64,000 nt of DNA from Dicyema japonicum (GCA_011109175.1 RDEW01000013.1:837839-901838), one strand, 5' to 3'; counted from the stretch's first letter, positions 26,900 through 40,228 are shown. The notes: generated by a model not told the origin, from the letters alone. Numbers and translations are program-made.

Positions 26900-28690
26900 C
26901 ATGGATTCATTTTTCTCGCTATTCACATTTAGTGTCAGAAGGCTAACACAATCTTGAAAGAGAACAGCACTATGCGACGATCTGATAAAATACAAAGTTA
27001 CAGTTGGATGCTTGCAGGAAACAAAACTTCACTATGGAATAGAAGAAGAACTATTGGGCTATTATTTTATTTCATTTCGAAGTGAAAGCAGAACTTTGGC
27101 CAAGGATTTGTGGTAAAGAAAGAGCTGAGACCAATGATTCACCGCTATTGGAGCATAAACGACCGAATTTGCGTACCTCAGATTTGTATGAACAAGCTCT
27201 GCCATCTAAAAGTTTACTATCCATTATAAACGTGTACGCAACCCACAGTGGAGGGATTGAAAAAGACTCTACTGAGATAGACCTGTTCTACTTCTGTCTT
27301 TGAAGTTTATTTTGAACTTTTACATCGTCGATATGTCATCGCTGGCGACCTTAACGCAAAAGTGGGAATACAAAGATACCCGGATGAAACATTTATAGGA
27401 AGACATGGAAGAGGAATAAGGAACGTTGCAGGAACATTACTTGCTAACTTCTGTCAGGCAAACGGACTATTCCTATGTACACTGCATTCATGCATCCCGC
27501 AAGACACAAAACTACCTGGACAGGGTGTATGAAGAAATCTTGTAGTGAATTTATAAACATCTACAATCAGATTGACTACATAATCTGTCGAGCCAAGATA
27601 AAACTCTTTTCACCAATGCAAGGTCATATGGCAGTCGCCAGAATGTCGCTGAATAGACACCCAACCAAGAAGAAAATAAATACCAAAGGGCCACACGATA
27701 CACAACAGGAGAAAACTTTACCTAAACTGACTATCATTACAACAAAAGACGGATGACTACGAGAGATGCCTCGACATGAAGCTGAGCAATGTGGAAACAA
27801 ATCAACAAAACTCCAAAGTCTGGAAACGACTGCAAGAATCAATACGAGGAGCAGCGACAAACAGCTTCTAGACACAGAAGTGTTCATTGGCTTCAATACT
27901 TAAACACTGGAGACAAGCTGATCAAAGAGGAGCATAGTCGTGAAAGAACAAATATCAAGAAGAAAATCAAAAAGTAAGATTCCACTTTGTCAACGAGACT
28001 GAGGAGCAGATCAAGGGAGCCATAGATGGCGTTGTTCCACTATTTAAAGGTTCAAAAATGCGACAAACATTCTTGGAATCGATATGTCAAGAGCTTTTGA
28101 CTCAATCAATCGTCAGAAATTGATGGATGTCCTCACAGAATTCCTTGACGAATCTTCTACCTGGATGGTCGGGGTACCTTTATCAAAAGCTTACCTATCG
28201 GTCAGGGTACGGGACATGTTCTCTAAGCCATTTGAAACAACATCTGGGATACCTCAAAGGGATCCGTTATCTCCCATACTATTTGTCATACACCTGGAAG
28301 CTGCATTGAGGAAGCTAAAACTATATTATGAAGCAAAAAATCGATGTGGTCCTTTATGCGGATGACGTGGATTTCATTTCTTTCGACATGAATGCTCTGA
28401 AAAGCCTATTGGAGGTGATGCCAAATAAACTTGCCGAGTGGTTCCTCAATGTAAATGTGGAGAAAACAGAATTGACTCAACTAGTCATACAAAAATCCAA
28501 GCTGGATGAACACTAGAGAAAAGTAAAGAAACTTGGACCGTTATTGGGACATGAACAAGACATATTATTCGGAAAACACATGCAAACAGTGCACTACGCA
28601 GCCTAAAGGAAAGCTGGCTAAAGCGTAAAGGATTGAGTACACAAACACGGATACGTTTATACAATTCACTGATGAAGCCTATTATATGAA
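26900..28690 (+). mobile_element. RTE-like LINE relic (APE plus RT)
   Basis: GCLQET, INVYA, AGDLNAKVG, NQIDYII, DMSRAFDSINR, GIPQRDPLSP, YADDVD. Confidence 0.85.
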
Positions 28691-29450
28691 GTCAGGTAAA
28701 ATTTTATGTTTTAGCTGGCAAAATACTTAAAAATCTTTACCCCAAGTTATTCCATGTCACATGTGCTTCAATTACACAATTGTTGTGAGAAAATAAGAGT
28801 CTCTTATCCGGAAATTGATTTGATGATAGCTACTGTACAAGCAACAATTAACAAGAACAATAGAAGAAAACTAATATTCAAAGACAAAAACATCGACATT
28901 CCACCTCGTGTGCATTTGACAAGATGGGGGACCTGGCTTAAGGCTGCTTATACAATTCAGAAAATCTGATCGGAGTTCAAAATATTTTCGAATTATTCGC
29001 GGATGATGGATATCTAGGTTCGAACAGCTAAAGAAAGTCTCAAAAACTACGCGTTAGTCAGCAGTCTATGTGACCTTATCCGAAGCTATTCGAACATTCC
29101 TAGTTTCCGAATAATGTAACTATTGCAGATATTATTACGAAATTTAAAAGTACACGCTTCACAATTGAACAAGCATTTGATAGTATAGAATCGTTGGAAT
29201 GTTGTGATGACAACAAATTTATTAAAAAATACATAAATAAAAGGCTTCAAAAAATAATATTTTAAAAATAAAGAAAATGAATAATTCACATATTTCTCCT
29301 GCCGAGTATTCATTACTCATGAATTGTCAGCCTTCTTCGTGCTCGGTTAAACGATGTTTCTCGGAGATTAAGATTTTCTAAAATCCAACAGACATTTTCT
29401 ACCAGGAAATTTAGAAAATTATGTAATTTGTATGTCTAACAAAAGTTTTA
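28691..29450 (+). mobile_element. hAT-like (DUF659-type) transposase relic
   Basis: PKLFHVTC..HNCCEKIR..PPRVHLTRWGTWLKAA and a C-terminal SV(E/K)RCFS-like motif. Confidence 0.6.
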
Positions 29451-30039
29451 GTGTTTTTATTGTTTAGTTATAAAGTTAAATTTTTGTTTAGGTTAAATTA
29501 TTAATTTTTTAGGTTAAAAAAAATTCGCCTTAGTCATCGCGAAAGTGCTTAATAATAATAAGTTGTCCACGTGGTTTTCCGTTTTTAAATTCAACTGAAT
29601 ATTAATAAGAAGGTACCAATCCAAGTCGTTTTCCGTATTCCACGGCGATTTGATTTCCCGTGAGACAGAATTTGTCATTTAAGGGATCATTCAAGACCAC
29701 ATGGTTGCTGGACTTTGTGGAAAGAACAAATATCAGAAAATTGATTGAAAGAGGGCAATCCACATCGAAGATCTCACTCAATGCACGTAGAATCTAAACT
29801 GTCAGAAATTGGAGGAAATTTGAAAAGTCTGACTTGAGGGAGATGGGAGTTATTAGTTATTAATTCTCGAATGTTCTTAATAATCTGAGGGTAAACCAAG
29901 AAATGAAACAGGATCACCTGGTGCTCGTGGAAGAATAGCTTTTAAATGAAAAATAATGAGGGTTTCAAGTCTGAAATCAAAGCGTAAAGCCATCGATCAG
30001 TCAAGCATTTTAAGAAACTAAGATAAATACGAAATAATA

Positions 30040-30240
30040 GTTTATTAGATGGATTCGTGTTTCCGGATTTTCCAGTACTCCTCCTTGTCTACCTCATCTT
30101 CAGGTGAGTGTGTCGAAGTCAGCAACTTGGCCCCACAAAAAGTGCCCACACATGAACGTCCCAAAAGAGTGATTTCCCATGGGAATATGGAAATAAGGAC
30201 ATCTCATCTGGCTTGGACGGATACGATGGAAGAGCATAAT
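30040..30240 (-). mobile_element. CRE-like RLE fragment
   Basis: IFPWEITLL..CVGTFCGAKL..THSPEDE parallels the 10975-11450 copy. Confidence 0.55.
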
Positions 30241-31072
30241 TAAGAAAAATCTAAACCTGAGATTTATTATCATCTACTATTCACTAGGCACCAATAATGT
30301 ATGAATATCTGATATGTCATCCCTTTATCGACTTTTGGATTGAGGAGGTCACTTGGTTAAACACGATATCCCCTGTACAAGTCGAAGACTTTAAAAGACT
30401 TGATTGATATAATTGGACATCCCCCTTTACCAATAAAGTGAAAAATTTATGGCAGACAACTTTACTTGAATTGAACTGGAAAACAGAAATACGTGAAGAC
30501 ACTTATCGGAAGGCGAGAGTGACGAAATCTTGTATTGTTTACATCGGATATTGAAAGTATTGCATTGTATAACTCGTGTCTTGCATCTTCTTACAATGGG
30601 GACTACGAAATCGCCGTTCTATCAGTTCAGAGGATGCTCAATTTCTTAACCCAATGGTTGGAGGACTAGAAGTATCATCAGCAAAATCACTGTGATCCTC
30701 TTTACATCTTGCAGACAACATTATACAAAGACGCCTAAGATCACGACACCAACCATCCTGGCAGTGCCGGTTGACCAAGTACTTAATTTGTGAAAAAGTT
30801 GATAATCGAGTGACTGTGGCACTCACGAGAACGAGGATCCTGAAAATAAGCAACTAAATTAAAGTAAATACATTCAAAAATAAATCGAGTACATCAAACA
30901 CCACAGAATTAGTTAATTTAAAAAAATAATTCGTTGACCGAAATGAGATAGAACACAATTTGATCTCCAAGTTAAACCGAAAAGTCAGATCCAGGTATAG
31001 CTGCCAGATAAGGATAAATTCTGCGACACAAAGAATAGCGCTTAAAATAATCAAAAAATATAAAAATATAAT

Positions 31073-31827
31073 TTAATAATCACAACATCGTCGGCGAATC
31101 CAATTTACATTGAGATCCTCCAGATCTTGGTCAGACTCATCAATCTCGTCATCCACTAGCTCAACACTCTCCTACAAATAAACAACCACAGAACCTCCTC
31201 AATTTCCTCTCCCAAGTCATAAACCCCATCATACACTCCCTCCTTCAGTCTACTCAGCAACTCCTGTTCAATATTCAAGTCGATTTTCGCAGCAGTCAAG
31301 GCTTTTTCCTACCCCTTACATAATTTCTTACCTCTCTGTGCCTCTCCCGCTTCTCTATCTTCCGTTGCAGAGGGATTATAATCTTTTCGTTGTTTAAGGC
31401 TATCTTCCGAGTTCTTTGAAGCATTTGATTCAACTTTATTAAGCGTTTCTTGCACTTTTCCAGCACAAAGGAGGGCCAGAATTCCAGATATTTAGAGATC
31501 TGATCTTTGGCCTTCTTTGGGTCCTTGGATAGCTTCAGTCGTTCCCACCATTTGTTAGGAAGGGCTGCTCGTTCTGCAGTCTTCATATAAAGGTAGATCG
31601 AGCCCTTGGATTCGCGGACGGTGGCATACTGACTATTGGCAAGGGGACATGAATTGCGACTACAAAAGCCAGTGAGGTTATATTCGTGACTGCAGAATTT
31701 ATGATCTTCAGTACTGGAATTACATTTGAGGAATTACCTGATTCGATAAGAACAGCTATTCTTAGATATTACTGACCAAATGATCTATTAATATAATTTA
31801 AAAAATCCTCACATCATCCCCATGCAT
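31073..31827 (-). CDS. MAK16: MAK16 (60S ribosome biogenesis factor), 5 exons
   Basis: Spliced product MHGDD/IIWSVISKNSCSYRIS/TEDHKFCSHEYNLTGFCSRNSCPLANSQYATVR..YMKTAERA..RE/EKALTAAKIDLNIEQELLSRLKEGVY../acidic tail. Introns at 31785-31812 (28 nt), 31714-31737 (24), 31309-31331 (23) and 31172-31194 (23). Confidence 0.95.
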
Positions 31828-31959
31828 AGGAAACGTGATTACTTATTTATTTAAATTTAATTTATTCTTTATTAAATTAAAAAAAATATAAATTAAAATT
31901 TAAATATTTAAAAATAATTTCACTAATAAATTAATTAAATTAAATTATTACCATCAGTT

Positions 31960-32750
31960 GTGCTTGAGCAAATATTGGGTGAATTGTCAGTTAGGATACT
32001 CTGACTACTACTTGCGAACAAAAGATTATCGGTAAGGACAGAAGGAGCAACTTCCCGCAGTTTCAAAACAACGATTGGGACACCTCAAGGTGATTCCCTC
32101 TCCTTTCTACTATTCACCATATATCTTGAATCTGCACTCCGCGATCTCCGTAAATTCTATATAGGACCTGCGTAGCATGAGAAATGGTTTCTCAGCGTAA
32201 ATGTAAACAAAACCGACATTACTGAAATCAAAAGAGAAGACGATATTACTAATGAAAGATGAGATGTACTAATAAGCTCGGCTTTCTACAAGGAGACACT
32301 GAAGATGTACTAAGGAGGAAAACGCTGCCAAATGCAGCAATGGCTAAACTGAGAAAAGGATGACTGAGCCAAAAGACTTGAATTTGACATCAGATGCAGG
32401 CTTTACAACTCCTTTATGAAACCAGCCCTACTGTACAACGCTGGGACATGGGGAAGTTCCTTCAACGAACTAACGAAACTGGATTCGTCCCACATAAGGC
32501 AACTAAGAAGCTTACTCGGAATGGAGTGGCCACGTAGAATATAAACCAGTGGTATTTACAACAAGTGTATGTGTTCGTACATCATCAAGGATGTGATAGA
32601 TGCCAGGTGGAGGAAATTTGGACATGCATTACGAATGAACCCGAACGCACTCGCTAACAAAGCGATGGAAGATTACTTTGACAGTTGCGACAAACCCTTC
32701 CGCGGACGACCAAGAACGGCACTGCCGATTGTCAGAAAAAAGATCTAAAC
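31960..32750 (+). mobile_element. RTE-like LINE relic
   Basis: TTIGTPQGDSLS.LLFTIYLE, RLYNSFMKPALLYNAGTWG, RWRKFGHALRM. Confidence 0.8.
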
Positions 32751-33264
32751 CAGTTGAAGTAGAGTGACACAATGGCCCAATTTAAAAAAATCGACCATAA
32801 ATCGGACTTACAGGATTGTGTCGGTTCCAGAGAGAAACACCAAAAAATTTGAGTTTGATACTGTGAGGTGGTATCTTCTGATGGTCTTTCAGAATTAGCT
32901 AAATCATGTTGATTTTTGGCAAAATAATTACTAGTAGAACTCTGCGGAAAAAGCTATTGAGAATAAACTAAAATTTATGTGATTCACAAAGAATTCGTAT
33001 ATTCTTTTACCAGAAGCACTTTCAGAAACTTGAGTGGCTGGCGGAATGCTCAAGAGAGTTCAGGAGCTATTGGAGGCTGAGATCACCTAATTACTCGTTT
33101 AACCTTTCTTGGTGGTCTTGTGGTTACTGCTTTTTAGAGAAAACTCTTTATTGTAAACTGGGTTGTTTCCTATTTAAAAATTCTAGTAAAATCGTGCTAT
33201 AAGTAATATTTTGTTTAAGCAATTATTTTATTTTTTTATTTAAAAAATAAAGATCTTATTTTGT

Positions 33265-33708
33265 GTGCTTGAAAATGTGATATCGAAAATTATAGTGAAC
33301 GTATTGAAAGGTGTATCCGGAATATGGAAGAGTGGTACTCACCCAGTCCTGATGAACGTGTACAAACAGTACATCGAGCCATGTTTCTCATATGTATGCG
33401 TCTCGTGGGGACCGTCCATATCTTGGACAAATATGAGGAAAATTGAGGAAATGAAAAAGAGGGCTTACAGAGTAACGGAGCGTTGGATTCGTGAAGATCA
33501 CAGAACTGGACTTACGCCTCTGGAGCCCCTTTTGAGAGTAGATTCCAGATCACGGGAATGTGGCCTTGAAAATTCAGTCATCCGTCCAGTACGTTCATGC
33601 TCGGGCACGAGGGAAGAACACCGGGCAAAGATGAGGTCGCTGCTAGAATGCATCGGGGCGTCAATGATAACTAGTTTGGTTTTACCGTGGTCTTGGGTTG
33701 TTAAATAA
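33265..33708 (+). mobile_element. LINE RT C-terminal relic; repeated in each A unit (40229-40616, 47144-47520)
   Basis: LMNVYKQYIEPCFSYVCVSWGPSISWTNMRKIE; related relics at about 59860, 61030, 62080 and 63250. Confidence 0.7.
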
Positions 33709-33997
33709 AAATAAACAGTAGCTTCTTATTAGGTGGGAAAAGTGACTTTTAATATGTTATTAATGACAATTAAACAGTCAATTCGAGGACCACGTGGCGG
33801 CCACCTCATTGTATGGTTACTTGCTCTCAGGATTGCGAACGAAATTCCCTCAAATAGCTTGCAATGCTCGCGGGATCATCATTGCGTGTCGAAATCCGAT
33901 TTTCTAGTCTCCTTCTCCCACTATGTAATTTCACGTTGTTCTAAACAACAGTCCAATTAGCGGTCTCACTTTTTTCATATCACTGGTTACGGTTCTA

Positions 33998-34192
33998 GGT
34001 AAATTCATCGCCGGTAAATTCATCGCTGGTAATTTTATCGCTGGTAAATTCATCGCTGGTAAATTCATCGCCGGTAAATTCATCGCGAGGTAAATTCATC
34101 GCTGGTAAATTCATCGCCGGTAAATTCATCGCTGGTAATTTCATCGCGAGGTAAATTCATCGCTGGTAAATTCATCGCCGGTTAATTCAAGC
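33998..34192 (+). repeat. 15-bp tandem array (GGTAAATTCATCGCY), about 13 units, within the MULE TIR
   Basis: Read directly; also at about 40907-41101 and 47824-48019, and inverted at about 50337-50545. Confidence 0.95.
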
Positions 34193-34503
34193 GACCACGT
34201 GGGTTCTTAAAAAAAGAGGTCGAAATTTTGATTTTTTATATTATCATTAAAATGTAATTTTGGAGATTAATTTGACGATATGAGTCACGTGGCCAGATCC
34301 CCAAGATAGAAGAAATTTGAAAACCTCAATTCTCCAAATAGTGTTAAATTTACTCAACGATGTGCACACACACGTGTGTGTATTGGTTAAAGTGATAGAA
34401 AAATTATTGATTATCTTACTGATTATTGATTAATAACAATGGTCAAACTTTAAGTGAATATTTATGATAATATAATTTTTAGAAAACAAGTTTATGACAA
34501 TTA

Positions 34504-35901
34504 TTAAAAAAACATATTATAGGCAATGCCTTTTAAATAGTCAAGAATTTCGCGATTATCGAAGTCATTTACAATGCGTTGAATTCTTAAAGCATTATCT
34601 CTGTATTTTTTCTTTTGTGTAGGACCTTCCCCACCAGCAATATACTGTTCAATTTTAATTTCATTTCTTGCTTGTTCTTTCTTCAAAACATCAATAAACT
34701 TCCAAATCGTAGATGACACGCTCCAATTAAAGAATTAAAAGAATGATGCCATCCTTCGCAAGAGTTATTCGTTTTAGGCCCAGCAACTCTCGCTGCTTCA
34801 AAACAATTCCACAATTCATGGGCAAAACGTGGACAACGACGTACTTGACGGCGGTCGGGACGTCCTATCCAAATATCTTCTACATAATCCAGTACAGGTT
34901 GAGCTTCTTCTGGGAAACTGTTGTAATCGCACAAATGTTCAAAATAATGACAACAACGTGTAATGTTGGGACAAATGCCAGCGCCGCAATCATGCGCATT
35001 TTCAGAGCGAATTCTGAATCTCTTTGATATAATAATTGCAATCCCTGTGATTGGATGCATCTAAATATGGATTGGGACAAATGAAAAAAACAGCCCTTCG
35101 TAATAGCATCAGGAAATATAATATTAAATCCATTTATAGCTGCTTTTTCGAAATCAGTCATAATTGTCCTCGGTGATAACGATGGCTCCAATGATTTTAA
35201 TTCCGAAAAAACTTTTTTATAGCTTTCTTCCGTTCTTTTACACATTAAAATGTATATAAGTGGTAAAACATCATTATTTACTAGTCCATGAATCGTATAT
35301 AATTGATTAAACAAATATGGGACTGTCTTAAAAGTACCATCCGCATACCAAAAGTTTGTAGTGGAAAGCAAATTTAGATTTTTTCTCGTTGTAAAAATTA
35401 TTGTTCTGTTAACACTGTCTTCACTATCAAACAATAGAAAAGGTTCATTGGCATAAGAGTATCTGTATTCTGGAGGTATTCTTAACTGGTCTATGTTAAG
35501 TGGATTAGGAGGAGCTTGATCTTTTGCATTTCTTGAATTTCTAATGTTTCTTTTAATTAAAGAAGCTATGGGTAGTCGGGCAGACACCTCTAGTGGCAAA
35601 CCCACACACACTTCAGTCGTAATAATATGTGGATTATCTTGTGATGCAAGAGCTCTTCTTTTTATTTCTTGAGTAATTCTCTTCGATTCGACATATGCAG
35701 CATCACCAGCATGATTGTGTTCGTTGACTCTTTTAATAATGATGTCTCCCTTGGTGTGTACTCTCGCTTTACATTTAATTTTGTAGTAGGATTCACATTT
35801 CCATAATGTGACTTCGCCATTAAATTTTCAAAACAGTAAATGTATCCATCTTCAAAAAGTTTTCTCTTATTTCTATCACTCATTACAAATTGCAAAGCCA
35901 T
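34504..35901 (-). CDS. FLYWCH-MULE transposase copy 1 (frameshifted as given)
   Basis: GYIY..WKC..CKARVHT..HNH (FLYWCH), WYADGTF, TDFEKAA..GCFFH, TNNSCEGWH. Confidence 0.85.
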
Positions 35902-35922
35902 GCTGTCAAGATATAAGAAATT

Positions 35923-38900
35923 GGAACGGAACGGAAAAATCTTTATTAGGCAAAAACAAATGTTAATAATAAGGAAGAACTAGACTAAAGGCCCTTTCAC
36001 CGCCTTGCGGCAGCGTTTCGTGCCATCACATTCGTCTTCCCCGTGCCTCCTTCTTTAATATTTAAGATTTAATTATCTCCCGGGTCCTTGAATCCGATAT
36101 CCTCTTTCGGGCAGCGGCGCTCTATAAGACAATCCTATAGGAATACCGTATTGCCCGCCGCCGAACCTTCCTCAAGTTGGTGAGGCACTTTTCGCGTTCC
36201 TCACTGCAATACCAGGAGTGCGCACCATAAGTGAGCATAGGCAGCACCATGGCGTTGAACACTTTGGCCCAGGCATCGCGACTCAGCTGAAAAGCCCTCA
36301 ACGCTCCTAATCTTTGCACAGCCCGCCTCTTAACGAGGGCGGTGTGCTCCTGGAAACTACACTTGGAGTTGAATGTCACTCCAAGGTAGCTCGTCCGCCC
36401 AGTAACCTCTATAGGTACCCCATAGATGGTTACTCTAGGTATTAAATTATTAGACCGCTTAGGGCGGCCAAAAACTAATAACTTACATTTCTCAGGTCTC
36501 AGCCTAAGTCCTCTGCTCCCACACCAGCGTATGATTTCATTGACAGCTACTTGAATCCTCCGACACGCTACATCTGGTTTCCACGAGTGATCCCAGAGTA
36601 CTATGTCGTCCGCATAGATAGCCATCTCCGTCCTCACATTGGCTGGGTGGGGAAGTGTAGACATGTAAACGTTGAAAAGGGTGGGGCTCAAAACCGACCC
36701 TTGTGGAACTCCCCGGTTAGATCTAAACAAACTAGATCGGCAACCTTTATGCCTTACATAGTTCATCCGATCCTCTAAGAAGCTTGATAACCAGCTCCTT
36801 AGCTCCAGAGATATTCCTCCTTCTGCGAGGGCGCAACGGAGGCCGTCATGCCAGACCGAGTCGAACGCCCTCTCCACATCCAGGAACAACGCGGCTGTGC
36901 ATTGCTTCTTGCTCCTTTCACGAATCTGAGAGCTCAACCTCCAGAGGCAGTCCCCACAGGAACGCCCCTCACGGAATCCCATCTGAAGGTCCGAGAGGGT
37001 GTCTTTTATTATGCATTCCTGGGTTAACCTCTGGTGTATCACTCTCTCTAAGATTTTAGCAACGGCAGGTAACAAGCTTATAGGGCGGTAGCTACTAGGG
37101 TCTTCAGGAGGTTTTCCTGGTTTCCTTACAAAAACCAGTTCCGCTTCCTTCCAACGCCTAGGAACGTAACCCAACCTGTAGCTACCGTTGTACAATCTTA
37201 CCAAGGTGTTCACGAGACTTCCAGGTCCTTTCTTGAAAAGGGCCATGGGGATCTTGTCTTGGCCCGGTGCGTTGTTCTTCGATTTACTTATCGCGGCCCG
37301 GACCTCCTCCTCGGTGATGCATGCCACCTTCGGGATCCCCGAGAGTGGCTCAACTTCCGTCTCTCCGCAGAGATGACGTCCTCTATACTTTGTCGAGCTG
37401 TTAACTCGACAAAGTTCTCTGGTCGAACTGCAGTAACTGCCCTAAAGCTACCTGCAAAGATGCTCGCTATTTCAGTCGGGTCAGAGGTTTTAGAACCGTC
37501 CGCACGACACAGGGTACGCGCAGATGACTCTTCCCCTCTGCCCGACAGGCGCTTCAGCTGACTCCAGAAGTCCGGCCATGCGGGGTTCACCCTCTCGCAG
37601 GCCCTCCTCCATTTGTTGCTCTGATAGTCGACGAGCGCCTTCCGGATTTCCCTTCGTAAGGTGTTTACCTTCTTCTGGTAGAAGATCCGGTTCTCTTCAT
37701 ACGTGCTCCTCGCTTTGAACCGCAGGTACCTCTTTCTAAGTGTTATCTTACTTAAAATCAGGCCTGGAATTCGTGCGGAGCCTCCACCTTGCGGACGTAA
37801 CCGGAAGTTAGTCCGCATGTATTCCTCGAGGATACCACCCAGGGTGGCATCCAATTCCTCCACGTCCGCTTCACTACAAACTTGCCCTTTGAGAGAGGGA
37901 GTTTTCTATCCCATGAACGACTCCAGGTTATCCCAAGTGCCAGAGCCCAAGTCATAGCCAATTGGGGCCTGAGGTCGAACAGGTTCGTGAAGCTCGGTGA
38001 GTAGGGGACGGTGATCGCTTCCGATGTCCCTAAGAACACGAGGTACAGAGAGCATACCAATTAATGAAGGGGAGGCTACGGCCATACCCAAGAAGTCCTC
38101 TCCTCCTCGTGTATCTTTGTGATTGGGGTCCGTCGATGTAGTGACTGAGAGCCCAAGATTCCAAGCTAATTCCCGGAGTGCTGATCCAGCCCTATTATTA
38201 ACAAAACAGCCAAAATCTGAATGCTTAGCATTCAGATCACCAAAAATAACGCAATGGGGATGAATGTCAAATACAGTTTTAATGTGGTCCTTACACAACC
38301 ACAACTGCTTGGCATACATTGCCCCTATAACAACGCTAAAGCTAGATAATCTGATTCGTAATAATATTAACTCGCAATGAGGACAATTTGAAATACCTTG
38401 GACGACTGCTGCTAGACTCGTCCTCCAATAGATACTAGTGCCCGAACCTCTATGTGTGTCATTCCACAAGAGATGACAACTAGTATAGCCTTTAAAGCCT
38501 GCAGCAGCCGTATCCTTACTCTTGGTCTCGTTAAGGACCAAGATGTCCACCTCCAAAGAGTCCAGAAGATCCTCGATGGCCTTCCTTCTTCTCCGGAGGG
38601 ACCTAACATTAACTGAAATGATGCGTAACATCACTTCGCCGCACTTACCTTCCTATCGCAGAGCGCAATGTCCCTAAGCGCATTAGGGAACGTTGAACCT
38701 GTGCTGCTACAGTATCGACTTACCACGCGGTGGACAGCGCTTACATCACTGACCACTCCAGAGGAGGGCGCCTGCCTTCTCCCCTGTGGTACCTTCTCCG
38801 TCGCCTCCTGATACAGGGGGCACTTGGTATGGCTCGCCCTGTGTCCCTCCAAGCCACAGTTCACGCACTTGAGAGACCTGACTCTGGATTGACAGGCCTT

Positions 38901-40228
38901 CCGTGAATGTGGACCCCCGCAATTTAGGCACTTCTCTTTATAAGTGCAGCGGGAGCTGGTGTGGCCGAATCCCTGGCATCTGTAGCACTGGATTGCTACC
39001 GGTCGCTCTCGGGCCACACCAAATCTAAAGTAACCTATCTTTAACTTCTCAAGGCAGATCCTCTCAGCTTCTGCTCCGGACCTGATCCAGACCTTGAGAG
39101 TCCTTAGTCTCTGACTCCCACTCTTGAAGCGCTCGATCTTGTGCGCCGTGGGGTAGTCCTTTTTGATGTACTCGAGTACATCCTCATCAACAAAGTCCAG
39201 AGGGACTCCGAAGACTAGTACAATCGAGTCGTGTACCTTGGGGATGACCCGAGACATGTTATGTGCCCCGGGCCCAAAAGGTACCTTCTTATTCACCTCA
39301 GCTTCAAAAGCTGAGGCGTCCACGTCATTTCTGAATCCCACCAACAAGTGGGATTCTCCTCGTCTGACGATCCTTCCTTTCGCATAGGTAGCCAGAGTAC
39401 CTATGCCACTTAGGAGTTTAACCACTCCTATCTTCGGCACCTCTAGCCGAACTAGTGTAGTTAGTCCTCCGAATACCTGTTCTTTCTTCTTTTCTTTCGG
39501 CACGTGCGCTCTGGATTGATTCGAGCCTGCAAAATGCTTTTTAGGGCACTTTGCGGTTTCTGGACCCGAATCACGCACGTTCTGCGGTTTGGCAGAAACC
39601 GCAGACTTCCTCTTTCTCCCTACTGTAGTCCAGCCTACAGTCATCGGGAGTTGGTCATCTTGACGTCCAGTATCGAGGGCAGGCACAGCCTGTTGGACCG
39701 CTGGCTGTGTGACGGATTCAGCCCTGCCCTCGGTCTCGGCCCTTGATCCTTTCAAGAGGCTGAGTCTTGCTCTCAACCTCCATCCTCCTCGTCCCAGGCA
39801 CAGCTTGTTCAACCGCTAGCTGTGCGGGGATGTCCTCCTCGGTCTTGGATCCATTACAGGAGGCTGAGTCTTGCTCTCAACCTCCATCCTCCTCGTTGCA
39901 GGCACAGCTTGTTCAACCGCTAGCTGTGTGGGGATGTCCGCTGCAATGTGGAAAGCAGCCCTGCCATCGATCCCCATGTTTACTCTGAAAGCCAGAAGGA
40001 TCGAGTCGCGAACGACCCTCTGAGCTTCTCCAAACCTCGGACTCCTCTAAAATATAGTCCAATAGTGGGCTTATTATGAAAGAGTCCTTGAACCACGTGG
40101 GCCGCTGTATCACAGACCACACGTGAGATGTCCTGATAATCCTCAATTTCGTACGGAATGTGTTGTGATATTTTTAAATCGCTTTGCACCTGACTTTCCT
40201 CCTTTTCACCTTTCCCAACGTCCAGACA
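35923..40228 (-). mobile_element. LINE with histone H4-like ORF1, copy 1 (Jockey/I-group-like, no RNase H evident)
   Basis: ORF1 with CCHC knuckles, ORF2 APE-RT, AATAAA at 35942-35947 followed by a (TTCCG)n tail. Confidence 0.92.
36055..38631 (-). CDS. LINE ORF2 (APE endonuclease plus RT), copy 1, frameshifted
   Basis: SVNVRS, LNET, GDLNA, SDH; YRPISLL, QMGFR, DVERAFD, GVPQGSVLSP, YADD, YLGV. Confidence 0.9.

Larger units (their letters stand above)
33991..35922 (-). mobile_element. MULE copy 1: one TIR plus transposase, other end replaced by the LINE
   Basis: Matches 47817-49746; preceded by CTGGTTAC (33983-33990). Confidence 0.9.

Noticed and set aside
33998-34192. CRISPR-like array
   Set aside because: The 15-bp units are contiguous with no unique spacers and occur inverted at the other end of a MULE, so they are TIR sub-repeats.
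36551-37957. Plus-strand ORFs antisense to the LINE (and their duplicates at 43463-44868)
   Set aside because: Shadow ORFs of GC-richer coding sequence with no recognisable motifs.
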